From Akkermansia sp. (lineage in GTDB: Bacteria; Verrucomicrobiota; Verrucomicrobiia; Verrucomicrobiales; Akkermansiaceae): a DNA stretch of 64,000 nt. The notes beneath the pieces are model-generated. The model worked only from the letters and a program-made list of their open reading frames with translations, was not told the origin of the DNA and ran no database searches. Every line of letters starts with the position of its first letter. Positions within the stretch are counted from its first letter, which is position 1. Made by a program: the position numbers and the translations under genes. The stretch is taken from positions 18,955 to 82,954 of the forward strand of contig JAZRKW010000090.1 in the NCBI GenBank assembly GCA_045646505.1, written 5' to 3'. Shown one piece after another: positions 37,747 to 48,200 of this stretch.

Positions 37747-38601
37747 TTACAGAATCATTTTTTCGATAGGAAGCACCAGAATGCCCTGAGCACCGGCTTC
37801 CTTAAGCTTGCCGATGATATCCCAGAAGCAGGATTCATCCAGCACAGTGTGAATACTGCACCAGCCCTCCTGAGCCAGCGGCATGATGGTGGGGCTCTTC
37901 ACCCCCGGCAGCACAGACACAATCTGCTCAACGCATTCCTTCGGCGCATTCATGAGCACATAGCGCTTGTCGGCAGCCGTCATGACCGCATCCATGCGGA
38001 AAAGCAGTTTATCCAGAATCTCGCGCTTCTCTGCGCAGAGGTTCTTGTTAGCAATAAGCACAGCCTCGCTCTCCAGCACCACTTCCACCTCGGTCAGATT
38101 ATTGCTCACGAGGGTTGCACCGCTGCTCACAATATCAAAGATAGCATCTGCCAGGCCGATGCCGGTGGAAATCTCAACAGAACCGGTGATAACATGAATA
38201 TGAGCCTGCACCCCCTGCTCCTCCAGCCAGCGGCGGAGAATCACTGGATAGGAAGTGGCAATCTTACGCCCCTGCAGCCACTGCGGGCCGGTGTAATCGT
38301 GTTCCTTCGGGACTGCGATACTCAGGCGGCAACCACCGAAACCAAGATTCTTCACGATATCGGCATCGCCCTGCCGCTCCAGATATTCATTCAGACCGAC
38401 CACGCCGATATCGGCCACACCATCGGTCACCGTCTCGGGAATATCATCATCGCGCAGGTAAAGCACCTCCATGGGAAACTTACGGGCAGTAACCAGCAGA
38501 GTGCGCTTCGAGGACGGAACTTTAATACCGGCCTCAGCCAGAATCTCCATGGTATCCTCATTCAAACGTCCCTTGGACTGAACAGCAATTCTCAATTTCA
38601 T
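37747..38601 (-). CDS. hisG: ATP phosphoribosyltransferase, long form
   Basis: RIAVQSKGRL, RDDDIP, GSVE, DIVSSGATL, C-terminal regulatory domain. Confidence 0.96.
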   Translation of the reverse strand: MKLRIAVQSKGRLNEDTMEILAEAGIKVPSSKRTLLVTARKFPMEVLYLRDDDIPETVTDGVADIGVVGLNEYLERQGDADIVKNLGFGGCRLSIAVPKEHDYTGPQWLQGRKIATSYPVILRRWLEEQGVQAHIHVITGSVEISTGIGLADAIFDIVSSGATLVSNNLTEVEVVLESEAVLIANKNLCAEKREILDKLLFRMDAVMTAADKRYVLMNAPKECVEQIVSVLPGVKSPTIMPLAQEGWCSIHTVLDESCFWDIIGKLKEAGAQGILVLPIEKMIL

Positions 38602-38640
38602 CTTATCGAAAAGAAGGGTCTGATATTGTTTCCATCACAG

Positions 38641-38678
38641 AACAAGGACGCATCTAGATGATAGAAGCGTCCTTGCTC
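38641..38678 (-). terminator. Hairpin between the HU gene and hisG
   Basis: caaggacgc / gcgtccttg stem; weak U-tract. Confidence 0.45.
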
Positions 38679-38706
38679 GAGATAGCACTGAGACGTGCGG
38701 GGAAGT

Positions 38707-39009
38707 TTAGGCAACCTTGGCGGCAGCTTCCTTCAGGTTCTTACCAACCTTGAACTTCACCACCGTGCGGGCGGGAATCGGAACGTTCTTGGCGGGGTCC
38801 TTGGGGTTGCGGCCAACCTTGGGCTTCACCTCTTTAACGGTGAAGGTACCGAAGTTGCGCAGCACAACGCGATCACCCTTACCCAGAGCATCGGTAATCA
38901 GTTCGATTGTCTTCTGGATGATGTCAAGCACCTCGTTCTGCGTGAAACCATTGTCAAGCTCAGCGCATACCTTGTTAACCAGCTCTCTCTTAGTAATCGT
39001 ATTTGCCAT
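38707..39009 (-). CDS. hup: HU/IHF family DNA-binding protein
   Basis: ITKRELV, LRNFGTF, GRNPK, IPARTVVKFKVGKNLK. Confidence 0.9.
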   Translation of the reverse strand: MANTITKRELVNKVCAELDNGFTQNEVLDIIQKTIELITDALGKGDRVVLRNFGTFTVKEVKPKVGRNPKDPAKNVPIPARTVVKFKVGKNLKEAAAKVA

Positions 39010-39172
39010 AATAAAAATTGCTTTGTTGAAAAGCCGGGCACATTGTAGACCAAAAAAACCTTTTTGTCTCGCCTAAAGTGACAAAAAGTGATAATTTCTG
39101 CGTCAACTTCACGTTTTTTCAAGGATTTTGAATTGACGCATCTGCAATTTCGCCGCATTCTTATTTCAGCAC

Positions 39173-40081
39173 ATGGCAAATCAGTACAGCATCCAACTTT
39201 CCAGAGATGAGGCAGCCGCCCTCCACAAAAAACTGGCAGGAACCCCTGGATTCCAGTCAATTACACGTGATTACACCGATTTTTGCTTCGAAAGCGAAAC
39301 GGTGACTCTTGCCTATTATCCCAAAAAAGGCAGGCTCCTCATCCAGGGGCGCGGCGCTGAAAGCTTTATCAAAGAAATACTGCAACTCGACCCGCTTGAA
39401 AAAGCACCGGCACTGAGTTCCAGTCTTCCCGCACTCGTGGACACTACCCCTCACTTCGGTATCGACGAAAGTGGCAAGGGAGATTATTTCGGTCCACTGG
39501 TTATTGCGGGGGTGTACAGCGATGAACGCTGCGCCGCTGAACTGGTACGTCTGGGCTGCAAGGACAGCAAATCCATCCCGGATGATAAAAAGATACACAC
39601 CATAGCTGAAAAAATCAAAAAAACAGCGGGCGTGGTATATGAAATAGTCTGTATCGGTCCGCGCCGTTACAACGAGCTCTATACTGAAATAGGCAATCTG
39701 AACAGACTTCTCGCCTGGGGGCACGCGCGGGTGATTGCGGCTCTGCATGAGAAAGTCCCCACCTGCCCCCGCGCGCTCAGTGATCAGTTTGCCAACGAAT
39801 GGGTGCTCAAACGAGCCCTGGGTCAACGCCGCATACCAGTGCAGCTCGAGCAACGCACCAAAGCAGAAAGTGATGTCGCAGTTGCCGCGGCATCCATCCT
39901 CGCCCGCGACCGTTTTGTCCAGTGGATGCAGCAGACCGCTCAAGCAAGCGGCTGCCCCCTGCCCCTGGGCTGTGCGCCGCATGTTACCCGCGCCGCTCAG
40001 CATTTCATCAATACGCACGGCCGCGACCGCCTGCCAGATGTCGCCAAACTCCACTTCAAAGTGACTCAAAAACTCCAGTAA
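39173..40081 (+). CDS. rnhC: Ribonuclease HIII
   Basis: N-terminal TBP-like domain; GIDESGKGDYFGPLV, KDSK, DQF, AVAAASILAR, KLHF. Confidence 0.93.
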   Translation: MANQYSIQLSRDEAAALHKKLAGTPGFQSITRDYTDFCFESETVTLAYYPKKGRLLIQGRGAESFIKEILQLDPLEKAPALSSSLPALVDTTPHFGIDESGKGDYFGPLVIAGVYSDERCAAELVRLGCKDSKSIPDDKKIHTIAEKIKKTAGVVYEIVCIGPRRYNELYTEIGNLNRLLAWGHARVIAALHEKVPTCPRALSDQFANEWVLKRALGQRRIPVQLEQRTKAESDVAVAAASILARDRFVQWMQQTAQASGCPLPLGCAPHVTRAAQHFINTHGRDRLPDVAKLHFKVTQKLQ

Positions 40082-40114
40082 CACAAAAAAATCATCTTTT
40101 TTATAAGAATTAGC

Positions 40115-40143
40115 TTGCAAGCCGCCGCAATTTCGTGTATAGT
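40115..40143 (+). promoter_or_regulatory. Sigma70 promoter of the tRNA gene (TTGCAA-N17-TATAGT)
   Basis: Read directly; 38 bp upstream of the tRNA. Confidence 0.7.
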
Positions 40144-40181
40144 TTGCCCGCACCCTTTCACCGAGGGTTCATGCCAAGCAT

Positions 40182-40269
40182 GGGCAGGTGTCTGAGTGGT
40201 CGAAAGAGCACGATTGGAAATCGTGTGTACGTCAAAAGCGTACCGAGGGTTCGAATCCCTCCCTGTCCG
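40182..40269 (+). tRNA. tRNA-Ser (anticodon GGA); CCA not encoded
   Basis: Acceptor GGGCAGG/CCTGTCC plus G73; anticodon arm cacga-ttGGAaa-tcgtg; long variable arm; T arm gaggg-ttcgaat-ccctc. Confidence 0.95.
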
Positions 40270-40272
40270 CTG

Positions 40273-40306
40273 AAAATCCCGCAAGTCAAGCACTTGCGGG
40301 ATTTTT
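40273..40306 (+). terminator. Intrinsic terminator after the tRNA
   Basis: aaaatcccgcaagt-caagc-acttgcgggattttt. Confidence 0.85.
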
Positions 40307-40389
40307 CCATTTACTCCAATCATATACTTTTTGACCAGTGGCAAACGCGAAGCTTGACATCCGAAGCTAAACATGACATGTTGGAACAA

Positions 40390-41412
40390 ATGAAATTCTT
40401 ACCTTGTGTATTGGCTGTCTTTCTACTGCTGAGCTGCGATGAAAAGCCCGGCACCCCCGGAAATACTGCACCGGAACAGTCCAGCCCGGCCGCAATTGAC
40501 ACAAAAGACCGGAAAGCGGCCTTGTACCAGCAAGCCAGAGGCATCGAAAAAATACTGCGCACGCCATCATACGAATACGACCCGAGCCGCAATTCCCAGG
40601 CGTGGAGCGACGAAGAATTTCTCCAGCGTTACGAGGCCGCCATCACATGTGACATGGAAAACTTTCTCGGAGAAACCTACGATGACTATGTGCGGGAACA
40701 GCTGGGCGCAGAACAGGTTGAAACTGACTTTACTAACGCCAGAGCAAGCGTGGCTGAGCTGGTCAAGGCGGCAAAAGCTGCATACCTGGCCGCCATTCAA
40801 TGGTGCGAGGCTGACGTCAAGCTGCAAACCTACCAGGATGAGGTACCGGATACGGATGACTTCCGGCTGGCGTTGAGAACCCGCTTATTGAAAGAGTTAT
40901 TCCTTCTCAGCAGCAACGGTGATACCTTCTGTTACTGGAGCTCCGGTATCCAGGAAAACGAAGAAGGCACAGCCGTGAGCATGCCCCTCCCCTCTTTCGA
41001 AGCGCAGATTCATGACCGGCTTTCCCTGCTGCAGCAGGAACGCGGAATGGCAGAGGCAAATGACCTGATTTCACCCCGGCTCAACCAGCAGATTCTTTCT
41101 AATCGCACCTTTATCAAAGATGTAACTTACAGCGAAGATGAGGCGCAGGCCCCGGTTCGCGTTGCTTTTGAAACCGCTGAAAAAGCCTGGGATTCATACC
41201 GAGCAGCCATGGTGGCAGCCCACTCCCCGATATATAACCAATTTGTCGGCGGCTCCGGTACAGGGCAATTCCGTTTTCAGCTGGAGATATTCATGCAGCT
41301 CTCCCATCTGCAATACCTCAATCTTATCCAGGGCTGCGCCGGCAGCGCCAGTCTCCAGGAAATCCAACCGATTGATTTCACAGCATTCGAATCATACGAG
41401 GCAAAAGAATAA
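40390..41412 (+). CDS. Lipoprotein with LprI/DUF1311-like C-terminus
   Basis: Lipobox LLLSC; AFETAEKAWDSYRAA...GGSG resembles LprI. Confidence 0.65.
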   Translation: MKFLPCVLAVFLLLSCDEKPGTPGNTAPEQSSPAAIDTKDRKAALYQQARGIEKILRTPSYEYDPSRNSQAWSDEEFLQRYEAAITCDMENFLGETYDDYVREQLGAEQVETDFTNARASVAELVKAAKAAYLAAIQWCEADVKLQTYQDEVPDTDDFRLALRTRLLKELFLLSSNGDTFCYWSSGIQENEEGTAVSMPLPSFEAQIHDRLSLLQQERGMAEANDLISPRLNQQILSNRTFIKDVTYSEDEAQAPVRVAFETAEKAWDSYRAAMVAAHSPIYNQFVGGSGTGQFRFQLEIFMQLSHLQYLNLIQGCAGSASLQEIQPIDFTAFESYEAKE

Positions 41413-41416
41413 CGCG

Positions 41417-41773
41417 ATGAAAGAAGAATCGGATTCGACACTTAAGAAGCTGCTCCGGGATGTAGCAACCCGCAAGGCTTTTTCCATGCTGACAGAAACG
41501 ATGCTGGGGAGAACCCTGCTGAAAAAGCTTGTTTCCGTGGCAAGCGCTCAGCTGGGGGTTCCGCTGCAGGCACAACCCTGCCAGGAGGATAAGCAATTCT
41601 GGATACTTGAAGCGGGTGCTGCAGATGCAGACATGCAGGTGCGATGCAGAATCCGCAACACCTCCCTCACAGCATTTGCCGAAATGGCCGCCACCGCCTG
41701 GCTGGAGAACAAGCCCCTGCCAAAGAACGAGCTGCACACCTTCCTGCGCCGCGCGCTCAATTCTCCACGCTGA
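41417..41773 (+). CDS. Hypothetical protein
   Basis: ATG 4 bp after the upstream stop; 118 aa. Confidence 0.55.
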   Translation: MKEESDSTLKKLLRDVATRKAFSMLTETMLGRTLLKKLVSVASAQLGVPLQAQPCQEDKQFWILEAGAADADMQVRCRIRNTSLTAFAEMAATAWLENKPLPKNELHTFLRRALNSPR

Positions 41774-41919
41774 CCGCGACCTGGCGAGGCCATTTGCAAC
41801 CCGCTCAAATCATTGAAAAGCAGCCGTACCGGGCAGCGCTGAAACGCCACCGCCAAACAATCTCCTGACAAGCTTTACCCTTGCAGGAATGCGAAAAAAA
41901 TGCTACATTTCACACACTG

Positions 41920-42612
41920 ATGGAAAACAAGTGTATACTGGTAGCAGAAGATGATGCAGCCATTCGCCGCGTGCTGGCCGATTCACTGGCTGGCGCGGGC
42001 TATGAAGTGCGCACCGCTCCGGATGGCCGGGCAGCACTGGAGTTGCTGCTCTCCACACCTGTTGACCTGGCGCTGCTGGACGTAAACATGCCGGAAATCA
42101 GCGGTTTCAAACTCCTGCGCATGATGCAGAAAGAATGCCCCGGAATCCCGAGTATCATACTCACCGCCTGCGGCGATGAACAGGACCGCGTCAAAGGACT
42201 CCAGCTGGGCGCAGATGATTATGTGGTCAAACCCTTCAGCATTGCAGAGCTGCTGGCACGCATTGCGGCAGTGCTGCGCCGCGCCCCCGGTCGCCAGCTG
42301 GCTGTGGCCCAGGTGCTGCAGTTCCCCGGCGGCACGCTCGATGGCGAAACCCGCCGCGCCAGCTATGACGACGGCACACCTATTCCCCTCACTGAGAAAG
42401 AATTTGAACTTTTCCGTTATTTCCTGACTCACCCCGGGCGTGTGATTCCGCAGGAAGAACTGCTGGTGCGGGTCTGGGGCAGCACCAATCGCGCTGCGCA
42501 GACCCGCACTGTAGCAGTCACCCTCACCCGTCTCCGTGAAAAACTGGGTAGCGGCCCATCAGCCCATATAGAAACCATCCGCGGACGCGGATACCGCTGG
42601 AATGAAACATGA
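41920..42612 (+). CDS. OmpR-family response regulator
   Basis: ILVAEDD, LLDVNMP, GADDYVVKPF, winged helix ending ETIRGRGYR. Confidence 0.95.
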   Translation: MENKCILVAEDDAAIRRVLADSLAGAGYEVRTAPDGRAALELLLSTPVDLALLDVNMPEISGFKLLRMMQKECPGIPSIILTACGDEQDRVKGLQLGADDYVVKPFSIAELLARIAAVLRRAPGRQLAVAQVLQFPGGTLDGETRRASYDDGTPIPLTEKEFELFRYFLTHPGRVIPQEELLVRVWGSTNRAAQTRTVAVTLTRLREKLGSGPSAHIETIRGRGYRWNET

Positions 42613-44180
42613 ATAAAAAACTCATCCTCATCATCACCTTTTTCTCACTCCTGACACTGAGTGCAGCATCCTGGCTGGCCTACGAGGCATTCACACTCGA
42701 TGCACGTCTGCTGCAACTGGACAAGGAAGCCCAGCAAAAACGACTGGTGGAACTCTCCATCCCCCGCGTTCAGGCCGAAATCAAACGGCTTCTCCGCCAG
42801 GAAATCGACAAACTGGGCTATGCTCCGCCCATCGGCCAGCTCGCCTATAATCCCCCCACACAGGATATGCCGGATTATGTGCGCGGGTACTTCCTGCTCA
42901 CACCGGCCGGACTGCAGCTGCCGGAAGGTCAGGAATCCTTGCGTGAAGCCATAGAGGGGAACCCGGCCATCATTGACACCATCCGCCGCAAGGCATTCAA
43001 CCCGGCAGCACCAGTCTACGACCCCAGCCAGCCGACCCACAAGACAATCGACCCCAGAACCCATCTGCCCGTTTTCGGCGTGTACGAAGCAGAAGACCAT
43101 GATTTCAGCCAGCCGATGGAACTGAAAGGAGATCCGGGAGCCTTCTTTTCGTGGTACTATATAGATGACCTGGTGTACATGCGCAGTATCCGCACCACGC
43201 ACGGCTCTGCAGCAGAGGGTATTCTGCTGGATGCTGCAAAATTATCCGAACGGCTCATACCTTTTGTGGAACCGGCGTTGAAAGGAGCCTCCATCTCGCT
43301 CTGCAAGAAAAAGGAACCGGCCAACCTCTCACCGCTGCCTCTGGTGCTGCGCCCCGGGGCGGATGTGGACGTACCGGACACCGCAGCACGCCGCGAAGCC
43401 ATGCGGGGCACGCTGGCCTCTGCCACCCTGGTCACAGTCCTTGCCATCGGGATTCTGTTTGGTCTGCTGTTCTTCTACGGCAGGCTGGAGCGCCGGCGTT
43501 CAGATTTCGTCTCAGCCGTGACACACGAGCTGCGCACCCCGCTCACCAGTTTCTCGCTCATGACCGAAATGCTCAGGAATAAACTGGTACCGGCAGAGAA
43601 ACTGGATGAATACCATGAAACCCTTCACCAGGAAAGCCAGCGGCTCGGGCATCTGGTGGAAAATGTGCTGGCATTTGCCAGACTGACCCGCGGCAAACAA
43701 CGCGGCCGGGCAGACAAAGCCCCCTGTCCCCAGCTCATCGACCGCGCTCTCAGCAAGGTGGAGTTCCGGCTCAAGGAAGCTGGCTTTAAAGTGCTGGTCA
43801 AGCACGACAAACGCACCGAACTCATTCCCCTGCAGACAGATATCATCTCTCTGGAGCAGATATTCACCAACCTGGCAGACAACGCCATCAAATACGCCTC
43901 CACGGCCGGGCACCCCACCATCAGCATCAACACCATGCGCGGTCACGATTCCCTGCATATCCGCTTTGCAGACAATGGCCCGGGGATTCCGCCCAAACTC
44001 CAGCGCGGCATCTTCCGCCCCTTCTCCCGCTCTGCAAAAGATGTCGAAGGCCGTAAACCGGGTGTCGGGCTCGGGCTTGCCCTCTCGCGCGATGTAGCCC
44101 GCAGCATCGGCGGTGAATTAATCCTCGAAAAAAGCGATGATAAAGGCACCGTCTTCACTCTGACCCTGCCCCTGAATTAA
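42609..44180 (+). CDS. Membrane sensor histidine kinase
   Basis: Two TMs; HELRTPL, NLADNAIKY, DNGPGI, GVGLGL. Confidence 0.95.
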   Translation: MNKKLILIITFFSLLTLSAASWLAYEAFTLDARLLQLDKEAQQKRLVELSIPRVQAEIKRLLRQEIDKLGYAPPIGQLAYNPPTQDMPDYVRGYFLLTPAGLQLPEGQESLREAIEGNPAIIDTIRRKAFNPAAPVYDPSQPTHKTIDPRTHLPVFGVYEAEDHDFSQPMELKGDPGAFFSWYYIDDLVYMRSIRTTHGSAAEGILLDAAKLSERLIPFVEPALKGASISLCKKKEPANLSPLPLVLRPGADVDVPDTAARREAMRGTLASATLVTVLAIGILFGLLFFYGRLERRRSDFVSAVTHELRTPLTSFSLMTEMLRNKLVPAEKLDEYHETLHQESQRLGHLVENVLAFARLTRGKQRGRADKAPCPQLIDRALSKVEFRLKEAGFKVLVKHDKRTELIPLQTDIISLEQIFTNLADNAIKYASTAGHPTISINTMRGHDSLHIRFADNGPGIPPKLQRGIFRPFSRSAKDVEGRKPGVGLGLALSRDVARSIGGELILEKSDDKGTVFTLTLPLN

Positions 44181-44204
44181 GAGATTACAGAAAAAAACTT
44201 CAAT

Positions 44205-44235
44205 AAAAAAGCCCCGCATCAGCGGGGCTTTTTTT
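44205..44235. terminator. Bidirectional intrinsic terminator
   Basis: aaaaaagccccgc-atca-gcggggcttttttt. Confidence 0.9.
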
Positions 44236-44240
44236 ATAGC

Positions 44241-45185
44241 TTAGAGCTTCTTCCACGGGAGCGCGGCCAGGAGCTTATCAAAGCCGAGACCGGTGCCGGA
44301 AGGAACGGAGAAGTCCGGGGTGATATTCATACCCAGTTCCTCAGAGAAAGCATTGGGCCGGTACACATGGTGAGTCACCAGACCGCAGAGGGGGATATCC
44401 TCCGCAGGTTTGCCAGTATAGAAAGCAGCTGCATTGTATGCAGCCCAGCACTGACCCAGCGGGTGGTCCATATATGAAGTAAACACAGGCAGACCGGTAT
44501 TGCTCTGGTGGCGGGCGGGCTTCACAATACGCATCATGGGCTTGCTGGTGCGGGCGGGAATGGCATTCTCATTCTGCACCGGCATATCATAGGCCAGCGG
44601 CATGCCGGCATCCTGCAGAGACTGCCAGGCATCCACATCATAATAGCAGGGGTCCTCCACGAAATCAATACGCTGGCGCATGGCCTCGGGCAGCATATTC
44701 CAGAACTGCAGCGCCTCTTCGGCGGTCAGAGTGCAGTTAAAGTCCACTCGCCACTTCCAGTCGGGCACCATGGCAGCCAGATTCACCAGGCGCTCCACCG
44801 TGGCAGAAAGCTTGGGAACCACCTTGAGCTTACCCACACGGAACCCGCGCTGGTGCAGGTTATATACCTGGGAGGGGGTCGCGCTCACAGTCAGCGTGGC
44901 ATAGCTGCGGGGAACGGTCAGCCCCTCGAACAGGCTCACGCCCTTGGCACGGGCTTCACCATCCAGCTCGATGCACTTCAGCGCACGGGCTCCCAGGCGC
45001 ATGGGGGTACCCTCGCGCAGAGCATCCAGTTCATACTCCAGGGGGGAATCACCCAACTCAGGCCAGGCCTGCAGACAGGCATAGCCGCCATTGTCACCAC
45101 GCAGCAACACGCCCTCACGCGGCTGGGCTGCAGCACGAGCGCTCATAGCGCCCACGGGATATAGAGTATAAGGAGTATAGTGCAT
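44241..45185 (-). CDS. menC: o-succinylbenzoate synthase (enolase superfamily)
   Basis: REGVLL, LQAWPELGD, KLKV, RVDFN, FVEDP, FTSYMDHPLG, GTGLGF. Confidence 0.75.
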   Translation of the reverse strand: MHYTPYTLYPVGAMSARAAAQPREGVLLRGDNGGYACLQAWPELGDSPLEYELDALREGTPMRLGARALKCIELDGEARAKGVSLFEGLTVPRSYATLTVSATPSQVYNLHQRGFRVGKLKVVPKLSATVERLVNLAAMVPDWKWRVDFNCTLTAEEALQFWNMLPEAMRQRIDFVEDPCYYDVDAWQSLQDAGMPLAYDMPVQNENAIPARTSKPMMRIVKPARHQSNTGLPVFTSYMDHPLGQCWAAYNAAAFYTGKPAEDIPLCGLVTHHVYRPNAFSEELGMNITPDFSVPSGTGLGFDKLLAALPWKKL

Positions 45186-45292
45186 GCACCTATTAAAGCA
45201 CTTCACCGCCATTTGTCACGCTCATTCTGTGTTTGCAGTCACTATTTTGCACTCGTTCCGCAGAATTTTGAAGCAGAATTCCCCTTCCCGGC

Positions 45293-48200
45293 TCATTCTG
45301 ATTTTCTACGGCGGCGGGCGCAGAGCGCCACCAGAGCCGCCAGGCTGAGCGTGGCAGTTGCCGGCTCCGGCACTTCAAAATACAGCATGTAGGGGGTCAC
45401 CTTCATACCCACATTGTCGCTCACATAGGTGCTGGTCACCCAGTGTCCGGTAAGCTGCTGTCCCTTGGCATCCTGCAGTACAAACTGGGAATTCAGCAGG
45501 CTGCTGAACCTCGTATTGTCTGCTTCATACAGGAACTGGCCGGAATCACCACCCATCATCACAGCAATGAAACGGGCTCCTGCCTGATAGCCATAATTGA
45601 ACATATCCTCGTGCAACTGAATGGTAAGGCCATTACCGGTCACATCCACCCCCAGCAGCTGATCCGCCTGCAGCACCAGTATCGTGCTGCCATTGACAGA
45701 AGTATAAACATCTGCATTCCCGGCAGGACGGTCAGCAAAGGTGAGCTGCACGGTTGTATTCACCGAGGTGGTCACCTCTTTTATCTTGCTGGTTTTATCA
45801 TTTCCGAGAGCCACATTCGGATTCGTTGTGCAGGGATTTACGGTGTGACCAATCAGATTGTACTTTTCATCATACTTCAGGGTAACACCACGCACGGCGG
45901 ATTTACTATCCACCAGAACAGCATCTGCAATATTGATGGAGCAGTCCTCCATGAGGTGAACCAGAGAATTGCGCAGATTGGTCTGGTAAATGGTGTGCGA
46001 GATATCAGAATTAGCCATATCCACATGCACACTGTTCATCTCCGTGCGCTCGGCGGCATCGCCACCAAGCTTGACCGCAGAGCCGCGCATATCAATGTTG
46101 AGGTTGGTCACCTCACCTTGCAGTCTGACCCCCTGAGCATCCTTGCCGAGTTCCTTACCCTCCAGGCGGGAAACCACATACTCCCAATCGGTGGTATTGT
46201 GGCGGGATGAAATAATCACCTGCCGGTCAGCCGTATTCGGTTTTTCCACGCGGGAATCACCAACTGCCAGGGCTCTCTGCTCCACACCACCCAGCAGCAG
46301 CTGACCGGTATTCAAACGGTCCAAGGGATCCTTTTCAGGATCTATATCTACATTCGCACCAAAGCGGATACGGTCAATATACTGCACCATGGAATCGGAT
46401 GTAGAAGAGACGTGGCTGCTGTTGTAATTCGTCACGCGGTCCAGAATCTGGAGCGTAGCGTTCTTACCGGCCACGATGATATCCACATCCGCCTTCTCTC
46501 CGCCATTGGCATTCAGAAGCTGCAAAGCCGTCATGCTGTCCACATAGACCGAGCTGGAACCCTTCAGGTCATTCAGGTCATTGAGCGCCACATACCCCAT
46601 ATAGGGCGAATCGGTCATGGGAAGCATGTAAGCATCCTTATTATCGGCATCTGTCAGGAGGTTATCGAAGGTAAGGTGCACATTTCTGCCGCTGAACTGC
46701 CCCAGCAACTGGATAATGTGTGAATATTCGTACTTATTGACCACCTCATTCTTCACTTGAGCATCATGCTGCACCGTCAGATACGGGTCCACAATGAAGT
46801 TACGCGTATTGATGGTCACATGAGCCCCGGGGGCCATATCCACCTGCTTGCGGGTGTACCAGTCCTCACGGGCCGAAAGGGTGGCTCCATCCTCCAGCAG
46901 CACCCAGCCGGCAGGGGTAGTCGAGTCACCCACGGTCGTACCGGCCGCCACTCCTTCCCAGGCATCCTTCTTCGTACCGGCCACGTTAAAGGTCGTATTC
47001 ATGGCGAGGGTACCGCCCTTGCCCACTGCCAGGGCGTACAGGGTGGAGGTATCCACGTCACCCACCATCACTCGCTTGCCGCCGCCAGTCGTCAGGGTGC
47101 GGGCTACCAGAGCCTCATCTACCTTGAAGGTGCCGCCTTCCACCGTCACAGCGTTCAGCCAGGCGCGGCGGGCAGACTGGGTGCTGCCCTCGCCCTGTTT
47201 GATAAGATTAAGCGAGCCGAATCCGATAGCCCCGTAGTGGTGCTGAGTCGTTCCGTGCAGTCCGGCGTAGCCACCGTAGTCCACGGAGACTTCAAAATCG
47301 CCATAGCCCATCACGCCTTCATAGGCACCGCTGCGGGTACCGGTCAGGATGAGGGTGAGCTCATTGTGCGCACTCATGTTGAGCACGCTGGAGGAACCGC
47401 TCTTCACCTGGCCGTGAATACTGTTGAGGTACACACATTCATAGCCCGGTTCGGCAGTGGCCTGCCCTGTGGCATCCAGGCCCAGCACCGTGCGGTCAGT
47501 GCCGTCCTTGATACTCAGGTCCACGGTGGCCTTCGTCCAGTCCTTGCCTTCGGATTTAGTGTGGCTCATGAGGTTGAGCTGCACATTGCCGCCATTCACC
47601 AGGTCTGCAGTCTGGCCATCATCGGAAAGTTCCCAGTGTTTGCCGGTAAGTGTCACCGTGCCGGAGAAGCCGCTGGGGTCCAGCACCTTGAACACACCGT
47701 AGCGGAACTTGTTCTCTGCACCAGTCTGCGCTTGCGCCTGCTCGGCCGTATAGCCCACACCTACGAACTCCACCACCGTGTCGGACTCACCCTCCAGTTT
47801 TGTGAGCACCAGCTTATGCTCTGTATTGTTGAAGATACGGCCGTCCACCAGAGTATCGTAATCAGGGTCATCGGTGTTTGCGTACACATTCACCACCACC
47901 TTGTTGCGGATGGTCGTGGTATCCATGGCCGCACCCATGGAGGTGGTGATATTCTCCTCATGGTTCCCCGGGAACGATTCGTCATTGAAATCGCCCATCA
48001 GCTCACCTCCGTTCATCAGGGTGATGGTGCAGTCATTGCCGGTGAACAGCGGATTATCATCATCCACGGTGTTATAAACCGCGCCCAGGGCATTCACATG
48101 CTGCATCACAATGCGGCCACCCAGAATCTCCGTACCACCGGTGAAGCGATTATCGGTGGTCATGATAGTGGTTCCCTTGCCCAGCTTGGTCAGATTCGTC

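Noticed and set aside
38602-38706. His-leader attenuator upstream of hisG
   Set aside because: No His-codon-rich leader peptide found; only one hairpin, which fits an HU terminator
40160-40170. accgagggttc duplicated upstream of the tRNA (possible att remnant)
   Set aside because: Only 11 bp, part of a small leader hairpin, on the wrong side for a 3' att duplication, and no integrase nearby
40135-40389. 5' extension of the 425-aa ORF
   Set aside because: Overlaps the tRNA and its terminator; lipoprotein signal and promoter support ATG 40390
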